A stretch of 64,000 nt of DNA from the IMG/VR virus record IMGVR_UViG_3300009314_000001; one strand, written 5' to 3'. Under the pieces are notes generated by a model. It did not search any database. It was not told the origin of the DNA and saw nothing but the letters and a program-made list of their open reading frames with translations. The position numbers and the translations under genes were made by a program. The DNA comes from a virus (taxonomy: Duplodnaviria; Caudoviricetes). The stretch's first letter is position 1, and each line of letters begins with the position of its first letter. Positions 16,946-27,592 of the stretch are shown piece after piece.

Positions 16946-17350
16946 ATGTCAAAGCATGTACGGGATATCGCCACACTCATGGAAATGGGTGATATGGGTG
17001 GCTTAGATAATGATTTCGCACCAGCAGCTGGTACCACCGAGGTGAGTATGGAAATAATGCCTGGTGACCCAGAAATGCAAGAGCAGGACGTAGAATGTGA
17101 GGAATCATTCAAACCCGAAGAAATCAACATGGCTAGGGATCTTATAGCCATGGTTGGTAGTGCTGATAGAGTACGAGAACTTATAGATAAAGTCGACGAT
17201 GCTATGGAAGTCTTCGACCAATCTGATGAAAACGATGCCGAAACAATAGATATGATCGCTGGATTAATGCCGTCGATCGCTGATATGCCTACTATGACCG
17301 GTCCATTGACAATTGGTACTCTGGCTAAGAGCTTTGATCCAAATCAGTAA
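16946..17350 (+). CDS. Acidic hypothetical protein
   Basis: 134-aa ORF; GCAAATCTA variant motif at 16906-16914. Confidence 0.6.
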   Translation: MSKHVRDIATLMEMGDMGGLDNDFAPAAGTTEVSMEIMPGDPEMQEQDVECEESFKPEEINMARDLIAMVGSADRVRELIDKVDDAMEVFDQSDENDAETIDMIAGLMPSIADMPTMTGPLTIGTLAKSFDPNQ

Positions 17351-17384
17351 ATGTCATATTTCACCAAGCAATTAAGTCAGGTTC

Positions 17385-18203
17385 TCAATGAGGCTGGCCG
17401 AGAAGGTGAGATCTAGATAAAACTTTCATACTATCAGACCGCAATCTACTCTCACCCCAGCACGAACAGCATTCCTTTAGCGATATCATTTCTATAGCAT
17501 AACCCATTCTATATATTACTCCTGTAAATTCGTACTCTCCATCCCTCCTTTGTTGTTTATGTCCATCAGAATCGATTATTATTTTCTTGTCGTGATGTGG
17601 CAATTTTCCATGTTTATCATGCACTTGTTTCAATATACTACTAGTTGTTGCACCAATACCGCCAGCGGCGAATACCATGTGTGAATGGATCTTGCCGGTA
17701 CGGGCCTTCCTTTTAAGGTGGTAGTCTCGCACATTTCTTCTAACTATTGCTACGAATCCAATATTGGCAAATTCTGGTGGTGATAGAGTATTTAGTTGTA
17801 ACACGGCTGCCTTAAAATAATCATCCGTAATCATAACATGATCATCTTCAATAAAGAAGAAATACTTATATTCCTGGCCAAATTGCTCATAAGCATAATT
17901 ATAAGCACCGTACGACATACCAATATTTTCTCTGTCTACGACTCTGACTACTCCTCTGGCTGTTTTTCTACCGTCTAATGAGTGGAGATAATTATAGCAT
18001 TCTTCTAGCTTTTGTCCATCCGACACTTTATCATCTTCATATGGAACATTATTAATATAAACAGTATCTGTGTCTACGCCTGGATCAATCCTTTGTTCAT
18101 AGTGCCATGATCTTTTAAGAGCCCTCAGACACTCTGCTGCGTCTCGTGGTGGTTTTCTTCTGTCACCAAAATAGGTTGTAATTATTTTAATATGTTCTTT
18201 CAT
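17385..18203 (-). CDS. GT-A-fold glycosyltransferase-like protein
   Basis: RENIGMSYGAYNYA and YFFFIEDDHV motifs. Confidence 0.55.
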   Translation of the reverse strand: MKEHIKIITTYFGDRRKPPRDAAECLRALKRSWHYEQRIDPGVDTDTVYINNVPYEDDKVSDGQKLEECYNYLHSLDGRKTARGVVRVVDRENIGMSYGAYNYAYEQFGQEYKYFFFIEDDHVMITDDYFKAAVLQLNTLSPPEFANIGFVAIVRRNVRDYHLKRKARTGKIHSHMVFAAGGIGATTSSILKQVHDKHGKLPHHDKKIIIDSDGHKQQRRDGEYEFTGVIYRMGYAIEMISLKECCSCWGESRLRSDSMKVLSRSHLLGQPH

Positions 18204-18216
18204 TTCTCTAGTCCCT

Positions 18217-18224
18217 CAAATATA
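18217..18224 (+). promoter_or_regulatory. CAAANATA motif
   Basis: CAAATATA upstream of ATG 18271. Confidence 0.4.
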
Positions 18225-18270
18225 CGTAAGGAAGCAGGTAGATAGTATATTTAAGTCGGCGAGAGTAGAA

Positions 18271-19569
18271 ATGGTAGAGCCAAAGCTGACTAGAATAGTA
18301 AAATTTGTTGATGATTGGTGTCGCACGAGTGGAATACCATATGACATAGTGCACGATGAAGCCAATCTTCAAGGGGTAATGATCTTTAGAAGAGACGTCA
18401 ATACCCTCAATAAATTGTTGGAATCAGTATCACCTCTTGTCGAAGAGAATGATATTTATGTCCAGACTCGCCGAGTGAGAGGTGGACATATAATTGCTTT
18501 CTCTCTTGAAGCTATAACTGAATCTACCATCGATCGAATTATCAGCGAAAGGGAGTCCAAGATGTCATTCGCAGCTCGAATAGACCATGCATTTGACGAA
18601 ATACCTCCAGTTGTAGAAGATGAAGTCGTAGAAGAGCAAGAGGTCGACCTTGAAGCCTCTGCTAGAAAAATAGTTGCTGAAACCAATTTGGCGACTACCT
18701 CTGCGACAGGTGGTATGGAAAGATCCAACCAAACAACTAGGCAAAGGCAGAAGTATACACAACAAGATACCTACGGTGGAGTAGAGCACCCAGCATCACC
18801 AAAATCAAACGAAGGTGATAAGAAAAAGGTGAAATCGGAAGGCGGTAAAGGAGTAGAAAAAGGTGCGACCAAACACCCATCACTTGGCCCTGCATCAAGA
18901 CGATTATCATTTGAATCGAAAGTAAGTTCCGCTCTAGGCGTAGAACACACAGCAAGGCCTGATGGTTTTAGAAAACAACTCCATGAAACCCTACAAGGAA
19001 TGGCCACCAAAACAGGTGCCCAACCAAACGACCTATTCGATCGCTTCGCCCACGCCCTCACAGTCCTTAGTACACAATTGGACCCCACCGGTACTGAACC
19101 ACCTCTGCACCAACAATTGAAACAGCAGGGCATTAACTGGATGAAATCTGATGATGGTATCAGCCTCATCATGTATGTCGTAAATGCTGCTACCAAAGCA
19201 AAACAACCGATCGCTAGGATTACTGCTGAGACTTTGGAAAACTCGAACGATTTTAAAACGCAATTGAATAATATGCTTGATTTTGCCCATGGTAATGCTC
19301 CTGGTACTACTGAGCAACAACGTGAGCAAATTAGGAATCAGGAGAAAGCTACTCAAGACGTCGCAAATGCTGTTGTTCCCCAAGAACAGGGTGAAGTTGA
19401 GCAACAAATGCAGCAACCGACAGCTGGCCAACAAGCAGCAACTACAGCTGCTTCACCTAAATCGACGGCTGCTCCAACGGATGTACGGTATCAAAATGGT
19501 GTTAACCAGGTTGCAACAGACCCTCATGGTAGATTAACCACACGGCGTGGTGTCCAACAACGGGTGTAA
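18271..19569 (+). CDS. Hypothetical, probably virion-associated protein
   Basis: 432-aa ORF heading a late operon; Q-rich tail. Confidence 0.65.
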   Translation: MVEPKLTRIVKFVDDWCRTSGIPYDIVHDEANLQGVMIFRRDVNTLNKLLESVSPLVEENDIYVQTRRVRGGHIIAFSLEAITESTIDRIISERESKMSFAARIDHAFDEIPPVVEDEVVEEQEVDLEASARKIVAETNLATTSATGGMERSNQTTRQRQKYTQQDTYGGVEHPASPKSNEGDKKKVKSEGGKGVEKGATKHPSLGPASRRLSFESKVSSALGVEHTARPDGFRKQLHETLQGMATKTGAQPNDLFDRFAHALTVLSTQLDPTGTEPPLHQQLKQQGINWMKSDDGISLIMYVVNAATKAKQPIARITAETLENSNDFKTQLNNMLDFAHGNAPGTTEQQREQIRNQEKATQDVANAVVPQEQGEVEQQMQQPTAGQQAATTAASPKSTAAPTDVRYQNGVNQVATDPHGRLTTRRGVQQRV

Positions 19570-19588
19570 ATAGGGTCGAGGTAATAAT

Positions 19589-20224
19589 ATGCTACCTGAT
19601 GGCAGAATCAGATTCCCAGCGCTCGCTGTAGACTTTAACAACGATGTTGGTCTTAGCGGTAGCAACCATGATAATTATCCGCCAGCTGGTGGTCAGGCTA
19701 GATATGACCATATGCGGATGGTTATTATTGGTCTATTGAGCCAACAGGCATCGTATGACGAACCGACTGAGTATCGTGATGGTACGCCATGGTTTGACCT
19801 GAACGAAGGCATCTTAAAGATCCGATTCAATGGTACTTGGACACCATTCTCGCAAGTCATATCTGTAGCACAGGATGCAACAGGTGCGAGTACGAAAACA
19901 CTAGCTCAATTTTATTCTGAACTTAGCGCTGCTCTTGTTAATTTATCGCCGGAAATCGTCTATAGTGGTTCTGCTTCTGTTGATGGTGTCACATCAATAC
20001 CAATCCCTACTTCTTTAAGGGGTAATGTCTACGATAATTCTAGACCATTTGTCCATATCAACGGATTGTTAGTAGACCCTCGTAATACAACTATTGCACC
20101 AGGTGTTACGCCGACAACAATTGCATTATCTGGGGTGACGATGAATGCTGGTGATACGTTTACCGTTTTGATTAGACGTATCCCAGATTCTACTTTCTAC
20201 ACGGCAACGGTAACAGCCACTTGA
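19589..20224 (+). CDS. Putative virion structural protein
   Basis: Beta-rich, T/G/P-rich composition; operonic. Confidence 0.55.
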   Translation: MLPDGRIRFPALAVDFNNDVGLSGSNHDNYPPAGGQARYDHMRMVIIGLLSQQASYDEPTEYRDGTPWFDLNEGILKIRFNGTWTPFSQVISVAQDATGASTKTLAQFYSELSAALVNLSPEIVYSGSASVDGVTSIPIPTSLRGNVYDNSRPFVHINGLLVDPRNTTIAPGVTPTTIALSGVTMNAGDTFTVLIRRIPDSTFYTATVTAT

Positions 20225-20234
20225 GAACAAAAAG

Positions 20235-21281
20235 ATGAAAAGCATAATCCTCCCAGAAGGCTATTCCCACAAGCGATACGAAGGCGAAGTAGAGCTGGAA
20301 ATTCGCGACAGGAATGGTCGTGTCTTACGTAAGATTCGTGAACCTAATATAATTAAGATCTTCGCCAAAGAGATCTTTTCGCATAGATTACCATATAGTA
20401 AGGTATGGGACCCGAATGCCAGTGGTGGTGCTGGTGACTGGGTAACACACGACATAGATCTAGACGAATTTGCAGCTAAGTATATTGTATTTGGAGCATC
20501 ATTTGATGCTAGTGGTAATCCGCTAGACGCCGATGACACCAGATTTTACACCGCTGACGCAATTACTGGTGGTTCCACACCTATCACACTCGGGACAGGT
20601 GCAGAATATGACGGCGGCCTGGTAAACGCCATACCAATCTCAGAACCAACAAGGCCTATCAAGAGGATTGAACGCGTTTTCTTCGAGCCCAGTTATCAAC
20701 CTGCCGGTACACCACTTCTTCAAGCCGATGTCAGAGCCATTAACAACATTGTAGTCCTTGAGACGACATTGAGGAAAGCAGAGTACAATGGTTTTGGTCT
20801 TACTTCCAGTGACTTCTTTACTCTCACTGAAGTAGCACTTGTTGGGGCGGCAGAAGTCGGAGCAGTCGGTGCTTGTGAGTGCGATCCAAGGGATATTTTC
20901 TTGACTGGCGAAACTGACGGCAGTCCTCAGCTTGCTAATGCTACTGGAACTGCTACTATCACCTTAGATTCTGGCGTTGGTGATGTTGACGTGATCAGTG
21001 AAGGTGATCAAGTCAAGATTGTTGATCCAAATACTACTGCAGCTGCCGATAGTATTCTTGAACAGTTGAATCCTTACTATTTGGTAGTGAATAAAGCTTT
21101 GGGCGGTAGCGATATTACCCTTGATAGAACTCCTGTTACGGATGAGAATGTTGCACTTACTGGTGCTGTAGGTGTGTTCAAGGACGGTTTTAGGATTTTC
21201 TCACATAGAATTTTGAGTACGCCAGTAAAGAAATCTGAGGATTTCGAGATTGTAGTACGCTGGCGGATTATCTTGAATTAG
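20235..21281 (+). CDS. Putative tail collar/baseplate protein
   Basis: FTLTEVALV...FSHRILSTPVKKSEDFEIVVRWRI resembles tail-collar fibre-type proteins. Confidence 0.55.
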   Translation: MKSIILPEGYSHKRYEGEVELEIRDRNGRVLRKIREPNIIKIFAKEIFSHRLPYSKVWDPNASGGAGDWVTHDIDLDEFAAKYIVFGASFDASGNPLDADDTRFYTADAITGGSTPITLGTGAEYDGGLVNAIPISEPTRPIKRIERVFFEPSYQPAGTPLLQADVRAINNIVVLETTLRKAEYNGFGLTSSDFFTLTEVALVGAAEVGAVGACECDPRDIFLTGETDGSPQLANATGTATITLDSGVGDVDVISEGDQVKIVDPNTTAAADSILEQLNPYYLVVNKALGGSDITLDRTPVTDENVALTGAVGVFKDGFRIFSHRILSTPVKKSEDFEIVVRWRIILN

Positions 21282-21291
21282 AGTCGACAAA

Positions 21292-21638
21292 ATGCGATTG
21301 CGATTAATAAATGAAGCTTGGGGTAAAGGAAGACCTAGTTCGCACTTTCAACCGGGTGTGGGATGGATAGCCCCGAGTATCTGAAAATACAGAAACAAAA
21401 ACTTCTCGACAAGAAAGGCTATAGCGGTCGTCATTTCGACCCATTAAGTAGACGATCACAAAAACTAAAATGGATGACCCAATTATCTGCTGCACAACAT
21501 GGTATACCGCATCAATACTGGGATAAAGCAATGGGTATATACATCCAAAACGATAAATATAGTGCAGACGAAAGAGGACTCAAAAGATTCCTTAATGATG
21601 TCAAACGAGCACTAGAAATGAGAACGGCAGGACAGTGA
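21292..21638 (+). CDS. Hypothetical protein, apparently frameshifted near 21364
   Basis: MRLRLINEAWG..GVGW (ATG 21292) continues as DSPEYLKIQ in the -1 frame. Confidence 0.45.
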
Positions 21639-22576
21639 GACTTTCTGACGCTCATATCGCCAGCATAGAAGAATCACGCTTAGCCCTCGAAGCCATACCA
21701 ATCCTCGAAAATGGCGAAGGGCCAAGATGGAAATTTCGCTACGATAATTGGGCTCATGATCCATCCCCCGATATCCTACTGTTAGGCGCTTATCAACATC
21801 CAAACACTGGCAACAATCTAGTAGGAGGAATTAACCTACACTATCTCCAACCTAAACAACGAGACAAATTAGCAAAGCATCTACCACAAATAATGTCTGC
21901 CGGAGACAACTTGCAAGCCAGATACCGAGCTGGAGAATTCCTAGTCCCCGAAGTCTTCCAGAATTACTATAGAACATATAATGCTACCTATATAAGAGGT
22001 GTCCAACGTGACACAATGTACCCGAAATATGGCTACATGAAAGCGGCTAAACAATGGCTCAAAAAGAAACTCGCAGGCTTCCTCAAGACCAAAAAACAGC
22101 GACAGAAAGAAGCAGAGCCAAAATATCCACAAGACCTCGAACAAATGCAGGATAGGCTCGACAAAGTCGTTGCTCAACTTCAGCAACAACCACCACCGGA
22201 AGAACCACCAGATACTCCTGAAATGAAAGCGGCTCGCGATGCCTTCCAGCAATACGAACGAGAAAAAACCCTTCAAGATATAGAACGACGTGAAGATATG
22301 CCATTGAGGCAAGCTAAACAGGACGTCAAACAAGGAGAAGAACTAAAACCAGAGAAACCAGAAGTAGGCCCAGAACTAAAAAGAAGACTCGAGCGAGCCA
22401 GCCGAGAAACACAACAAGAATTGAATGACCCCAGCAACAGAATAGATATGGGTGAAGAGGATGAAGATATAGTAGACCACATGGAAGAATCTGTCTCCTA
22501 TTACTCACCAGTGGCTGGGCACTACATTATAGAAGATGTCAGAATACCTCGAAGAGCTGCTAGAGCTAAGAGCTGA
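21635..22576 (+). CDS. T4 gp2-like DNA end protector with C-terminal coiled extension
   Basis: VGGINLHYLQPKQR motif and YYRTYNATYI. Confidence 0.55.
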   Translation: MRLSDAHIASIEESRLALEAIPILENGEGPRWKFRYDNWAHDPSPDILLLGAYQHPNTGNNLVGGINLHYLQPKQRDKLAKHLPQIMSAGDNLQARYRAGEFLVPEVFQNYYRTYNATYIRGVQRDTMYPKYGYMKAAKQWLKKKLAGFLKTKKQRQKEAEPKYPQDLEQMQDRLDKVVAQLQQQPPPEEPPDTPEMKAARDAFQQYEREKTLQDIERREDMPLRQAKQDVKQGEELKPEKPEVGPELKRRLERASRETQQELNDPSNRIDMGEEDEDIVDHMEESVSYYSPVAGHYIIEDVRIPRRAARAKS

Positions 22577-24188
22577 ATTCAATCGCATAGATTTATCAGA
22601 TCAGAAATCTGTGCGCCAATGGTTCGACTCTCATCAGCATTTATCCCGTAATGATCTAGCACAAATAGCAGGAAAATCCAAATACTGGGTAGCGAAACTA
22701 GCAAAATTTGCAGGTCTAAAACAAGCAACACCAAAAAATACACCACCTCCACATAGACGAAAAATAATCCATATAGAAGTACCAGAAAATTGGGATAGAG
22801 AGTGGTTAGAAAAAACCTTACAACTACATGGTTTTAGAGCTATAGCCACGGCCACCGGTTTACATAGAACAACAATCCTAAAGAAAATCAAGAAATGGGG
22901 CATAAAATTCCCTACACGTACAAAACACCCATGTAGAAATAAAAGATGGGTATACGACCACTACGTAGTCAAGGGATTGAGCCAAAGACAATGTGCTGAG
23001 CTAGCCGGAATCTCACCACAAACCTTTTCTAATTGGCTCAATGAATTCCTCATCCCAATAAGAAGATACGGCTGTTATATCCCATTATTCTGGGTGAGAA
23101 AGCTTATTTATGACTTAGAAAGACTAGATGTAGTAAGCAAAGTAGATTATCGCCCAAACAAAGAAAATCAAATCCATGTGAAATTCAAACACAGCAGATG
23201 GGAAACATATTATCCAAACCGAAAAGGATCAAAAAGAAGATATTCACATAATATAGTACGAGCAGACGGCCGCCTAAAAAAGATACCAAGCATTGTATAC
23301 CAATACGAATCAGATATAACTGGTACTAATCAATATTCGGCACATATAGTAATAAGCCGCAAGCAATGGACTGAAGCAAGCCTCCTAGAACAACGCATCG
23401 CCATCCACCGATTCTGCCTGAGAATAGTAGAAAGAGGTTGGGTCTGGCCAACACATCCCACAAAAGTAATCGAAGAAGATTTCAAGGCGGCCCAAAAAGA
23501 AATAGAATCTAGTTACTTCAAAAAAGGGAAATTCACAATATATGGTACACTAGGCTGCAAACCACCAACATGTAGAAAATTACTAGAGCACTTTTTCGAC
23601 CTAAGTGAATTATGGGAAATCCTTCAGAACCCAAAAACCACACTAGCAATACTCAATAAATTAGGATCTCTCAAGATTCCGTTTGATACCCATAATATGC
23701 TACGAGTACTAATCACAAATAAAATGGGTATGAAAACACAAGAAGGCTATCTAGAAACACCAGTCAAGATGCCAGACCCAATGGTATACGTGTATATCTT
23801 TAAACGATTGAGTATTAGCGGGAGAGTACTTGATCTCACACCGGGACATGGCTCAAAAGCAGTTGCTGCTGGTATAGCAGGAGTCCAATATCATACTAAA
23901 CAAGACCCAATAATACAACAAGCAATTGATCTTGGGTTTGGCGATTTTGTTGGTCTTGATTATGGTGCATATGACGGTTCTATGGTTGACTGGACTATTT
24001 GTGATAATAATTTCGTAAGTACTACAGATATTTCACAGGTCGCAACAATTTTACATAACACAAGGAATCTATTAATATTCGTGCGATCTAAAGACAGAAA
24101 AAGTGTACAAGCGAGATTGAAACCAAAAGCGGTAATACCTATCAAGACAGGATATTCTCAAAAGATCGATTACTTGTTCCTGTATTGA
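22536..24188 (+). CDS. Multi-HTH protein with degenerate methyltransferase-like C-terminus
   Basis: Three HTH-like segments; RVLDLTPGHGS motif I; no SPPY/DPPY. Confidence 0.55.
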   Translation: MSEYLEELLELRAEFNRIDLSDQKSVRQWFDSHQHLSRNDLAQIAGKSKYWVAKLAKFAGLKQATPKNTPPPHRRKIIHIEVPENWDREWLEKTLQLHGFRAIATATGLHRTTILKKIKKWGIKFPTRTKHPCRNKRWVYDHYVVKGLSQRQCAELAGISPQTFSNWLNEFLIPIRRYGCYIPLFWVRKLIYDLERLDVVSKVDYRPNKENQIHVKFKHSRWETYYPNRKGSKRRYSHNIVRADGRLKKIPSIVYQYESDITGTNQYSAHIVISRKQWTEASLLEQRIAIHRFCLRIVERGWVWPTHPTKVIEEDFKAAQKEIESSYFKKGKFTIYGTLGCKPPTCRKLLEHFFDLSELWEILQNPKTTLAILNKLGSLKIPFDTHNMLRVLITNKMGMKTQEGYLETPVKMPDPMVYVYIFKRLSISGRVLDLTPGHGSKAVAAGIAGVQYHTKQDPIIQQAIDLGFGDFVGLDYGAYDGSMVDWTICDNNFVSTTDISQVATILHNTRNLLIFVRSKDRKSVQARLKPKAVIPIKTGYSQKIDYLFLY

Positions 24189-24225
24189 CGTTGATTCTAT
24201 ATCTGGCGTAATGGTATTATCACGC

Positions 24226-24233
24226 CAAACATA
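24226..24233 (+). promoter_or_regulatory. CAAANATA motif
   Basis: CAAACATA upstream of ATG 24264. Confidence 0.4.
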
Positions 24234-24263
24234 CTGTAGATATTACAAAAAGGGGATTTGTCT

Positions 24264-26750
24264 ATGGCCGTCACTAGCATTCCTGCCCATACAACATTAG
24301 TAGATGAGCAATTCATTCAAGTAGAAGGGCCTGACCAACTCACAACTGGTTATCAATTCGATAGCCAGCAACGCGCCTTATACTTCAAAGAATCGCAAGT
24401 CCTATTCCCGAGCTTCCATGGCACATCCCATATCGCAGAAGATCCAGTACCAAGTGCTACCTGCGATACACCCGGCTTGATGTCATCTGACGACAAGTGC
24501 AAACTTGACGCAATGCTTCAAACAAGACTAGGGGTGGTAGGATTCCAAGGCGGTGGCTTCCCAGATGATGGTGGCTGGCTACAAGGGGATATTATCCTAG
24601 CAGCTGGCACCGAATTCATCAGCCTGGAACGCATCGGAAACGTAGTCAGATTCACCGTCGATAGTCCCATTCCTCTTAATTGTGCCTGCGAAGAATGTAA
24701 TCAGATATTCTGGGTACAAGATGAAACAGACATAGCATCCATCAGGCCTCCCACGTGTGGTGGTAAACTACCGGGAGTAAATGCCTATGGTGAGATGAAA
24801 GTCTATATGTTCCCAGAGTCAACACTTGTTGACCCAAATGACGCATCCGCCGTTCTCAATAACAAGGGTGATTATCCATCACTCGTGTTTAAGAGATATG
24901 ATGATACAATAGTACCTGGTGCAGCCGAATACGAATGTGTTCTAAAACGAGACAGCGAGAACAGAACTGTCACAGAGATCGGGTGGGCTTTCACACCAGG
25001 TGCAACAGGTGTTCCAGAACTAGTCTATTTCCTGGGCAAAGACGACGATGGCAATCAAATCAGATTCGACGTCGAACCACAATCAACACCTGGACTACTT
25101 GGATCAATCCTCTATAAGGGCCACCTAATCACAAAGAAAATGGGGTGTGTTGTTGATTATACAGCAACTATTCTCAGCACCAATCAATACACACTAAAAG
25201 AATGGGACGTAGACGCCGCAGAAGCCCTTGGTGATGCCTTTACAGCAACCAACGCCTGGCAATATAATAATCCGGAAAATGCAAAAACCGGAGCAAATCC
25301 ACAATCTATGATTTTGGATTCCTCAATTGACTTATTACCAATAGGTACACTAGTCGACATTTGGTCCTTTAAAGTCGGCGAAGTATCTGGAGAACCCATA
25401 CTACGACATTACTTCTCACAAAGACCAACATTCAATCCTAATAATGCTTGGGCATGGGTCGGTTGTTTACAATTTGGAGATATTGTCACAGCACGTGAAG
25501 AAGTAATGCCAGGTCCTGGTAGCGAGGATCGAGAAGCCTCTGTCGACGTTTCAGCAATCAGAAATATAGAAAGAAATTTGTGGGGCATTACTGGGTATGA
25601 TGACCCTATAATGAGTTTCGATATTGCTCAACTTGCTGGAACAGCCGGTGCTGATCTTAATATGCAACATAGAGCTATGATCGACACGACTCTACCAGGA
25701 CTCAAGGTTGAAACAAGTCCGTCAGCAGTGGATGACTTCAGCGAACGGCCGGTTTGGGTTTGGAACAGAAAAGCAGCGTGTAATTGGTTATTGCGAACTG
25801 ATATCGGACGGCCAGATAGTTCTGATTTCGTCCCATTTGATATCGCTTTACGGGCTGATATTGATGAGAACGTCAACAGGTATTTGCGTGTGATAGGTAC
25901 TGGTACTATTGACGGTCTACATTACGTGAGAGTTTGCGGGGCAGATTTCCATGACTTGCCACCATTCGGTGCTGTTAGGGTACTGACTTCAGGAAATGAG
26001 AATGAGATCTTCAATTATACTAGAAAATTCATGTACCCAACGATGCCACTCGCAGAACCCACAGTAGGTACGGAACCAACTGGCGGTTGGGAATACACTC
26101 TTGATTGTAATTCAATAGTACTGACTGGTGATGCAAGTTCTAATGTGCCTTATCCAGGTGCGGCGGGTGATATAGTAGAACTGCTTCACCAAGAATACTC
26201 ATGCCCGATAGTAAGATGCGAATTCTCCTACAATCCATCAACTGGATTAGTAGAATTACAATTTAAAGTAGGCACGCTTGATATGGGCGAGGCTTACGAA
26301 GAGGATTTAAGTGACGATATAGATGATTACGTACGTGGGCTTGAGGCTGGGTACGCTGTCAGTGCTGTCTACTCACAAGCTGGCCCGTACACTGGTGTTG
26401 GCACACAACCTGATTCATCTCCAGAAGGATTTGTTGTCCTTGATGGCGGTGCCCAATTGGGAGGTGAACAAAGCGAATACTGGAATAGACTAGAAATAAT
26501 GCTGAGAGATGACCAGGTATGGATTTGGTGGAACCAATTATTGATTCCGCCGAATGCTAGCCTAAGTGCTGCATTGCCCACTCCGGTTGATGTTAGCACA
26601 CCTTATTTCCCAATTACGCAAAATGTGAATAAACTTAATGGGAAGATAGGTTTAAGATTGTGGCCTGGTGCTAAAGTACGCCGACTAGACCTAAGAACTC
26701 AGTTGAATACGTTTAATGAATTTGCTTATGGTCAGTTGGAAGTTACTTAA
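24264..26750 (+). CDS. Large putative virion (tail/fibre) protein
   Basis: About 828 aa, acidic and beta-rich; ATCDTPGLMSSDDKCKLD motif shared with the 42458 and 44896 genes. Confidence 0.65.
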   Translation: MAVTSIPAHTTLVDEQFIQVEGPDQLTTGYQFDSQQRALYFKESQVLFPSFHGTSHIAEDPVPSATCDTPGLMSSDDKCKLDAMLQTRLGVVGFQGGGFPDDGGWLQGDIILAAGTEFISLERIGNVVRFTVDSPIPLNCACEECNQIFWVQDETDIASIRPPTCGGKLPGVNAYGEMKVYMFPESTLVDPNDASAVLNNKGDYPSLVFKRYDDTIVPGAAEYECVLKRDSENRTVTEIGWAFTPGATGVPELVYFLGKDDDGNQIRFDVEPQSTPGLLGSILYKGHLITKKMGCVVDYTATILSTNQYTLKEWDVDAAEALGDAFTATNAWQYNNPENAKTGANPQSMILDSSIDLLPIGTLVDIWSFKVGEVSGEPILRHYFSQRPTFNPNNAWAWVGCLQFGDIVTAREEVMPGPGSEDREASVDVSAIRNIERNLWGITGYDDPIMSFDIAQLAGTAGADLNMQHRAMIDTTLPGLKVETSPSAVDDFSERPVWVWNRKAACNWLLRTDIGRPDSSDFVPFDIALRADIDENVNRYLRVIGTGTIDGLHYVRVCGADFHDLPPFGAVRVLTSGNENEIFNYTRKFMYPTMPLAEPTVGTEPTGGWEYTLDCNSIVLTGDASSNVPYPGAAGDIVELLHQEYSCPIVRCEFSYNPSTGLVELQFKVGTLDMGEAYEEDLSDDIDDYVRGLEAGYAVSAVYSQAGPYTGVGTQPDSSPEGFVVLDGGAQLGGEQSEYWNRLEIMLRDDQVWIWWNQLLIPPNASLSAALPTPVDVSTPYFPITQNVNKLNGKIGLRLWPGAKVRRLDLRTQLNTFNEFAYGQLEVT

Positions 26751-26979
26751 TACTTTCGCAGGCTCCACGGCATCGTTCTAGTAATAAATCACAGAATGCT
26801 GGATTTTCTATATCATTCAATATACCACCTTTAACATTGGGACGATACCAGAATCCAGGCCGTCTGCCGCAAGATGTATCACCCCTGTCAGCGACTATCA
26901 TACCATCTTCTAAAATTCTCATAATATGTCTGCCCAATACATTATCCTTTTCATCGATAATTCGCATTGAGCCGTCCAC
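26743..26979 (-). CDS. Hypothetical protein (5' end uncertain)
   Basis: Frame stays open upstream to about 27110 without a start codon. Confidence 0.35.
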   Translation of the reverse strand: MDGSMRIIDEKDNVLGRHIMRILEDGMIVADRGDTSCGRRPGFWYRPNVKGGILNDIENPAFCDLLLERCRGACESIK

Positions 26980-27052
26980 ACCTACACGAACGGTAGTAGA
27001 ATCAAGAGCGGCGATGTAAACAATCGGCCCATTTTTAGGATCATCAGTTAAT

Positions 27053-27184
27053 TCATCTTCTCTTTGTCCAAGAATGGCCCACCCAACACGGATCGCTGAT
27101 CCGCATGGTTGGCTGGGTCAACTCGAACATGCCCAACGGCACTTCGGTTTGGCCCAACTCGGTTTTGGTCCTGGTCGTCATCAT
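27053..27184 (-). pseudogene. Truncated GC-rich ORF (43 aa)
   Basis: AAGGAG RBS; MMTTRTKTELGQTEVPLGMFELTQPTMRISDPCW, then ends just beyond the GC boundary. Confidence 0.4.
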
Positions 27185-27198
27185 TGTTCTCCTTGTGT

Positions 27199-27576
27199 TT
27201 AGAATCCGCGTTCCAGAATCTTGCCCACCTCGTACTGCAACGTGCGGAGTGTACCGATCGGCACATCGGCCAACCCATCGGCCACACCTCGCAGATACGA
27301 AGCAACCTCGGCCACTAGCTTAACCCTGTTCTCCTCTTTCCACCTCGCCTCCTTCTCTTTGGCGGCGAGTGTGGTCGGCGTGTCCTTGATGTACACTCCA
27401 ACCCCGCGTCCGGTGTCCACCATCCGGGCACGATAACCCTCCTCGCGGAACTTGGCGGCCCGCTCTTTGGCCTCGTCCCGTTGGTAGTACCGCACCCAAT
27501 GCCCCGAGAACACGTAACCGTCGTCCCGTGCCTTCCGCTCGGCGTAGTTGTAACCGCTTACACTTCGGCGTCCCAT
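27199..27576 (-). CDS. GC-rich hypothetical protein
   Basis: Internal AAGGAG RBS before ATG 27576, within track ORF 27199..28020. Confidence 0.6.
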   Translation of the reverse strand: MGRRSVSGYNYAERKARDDGYVFSGHWVRYYQRDEAKERAAKFREEGYRARMVDTGRGVGVYIKDTPTTLAAKEKEARWKEENRVKLVAEVASYLRGVADGLADVPIGTLRTLQYEVGKILERGF

Positions 27577-27592
27577 GTCTCGCTCCTTGTTG

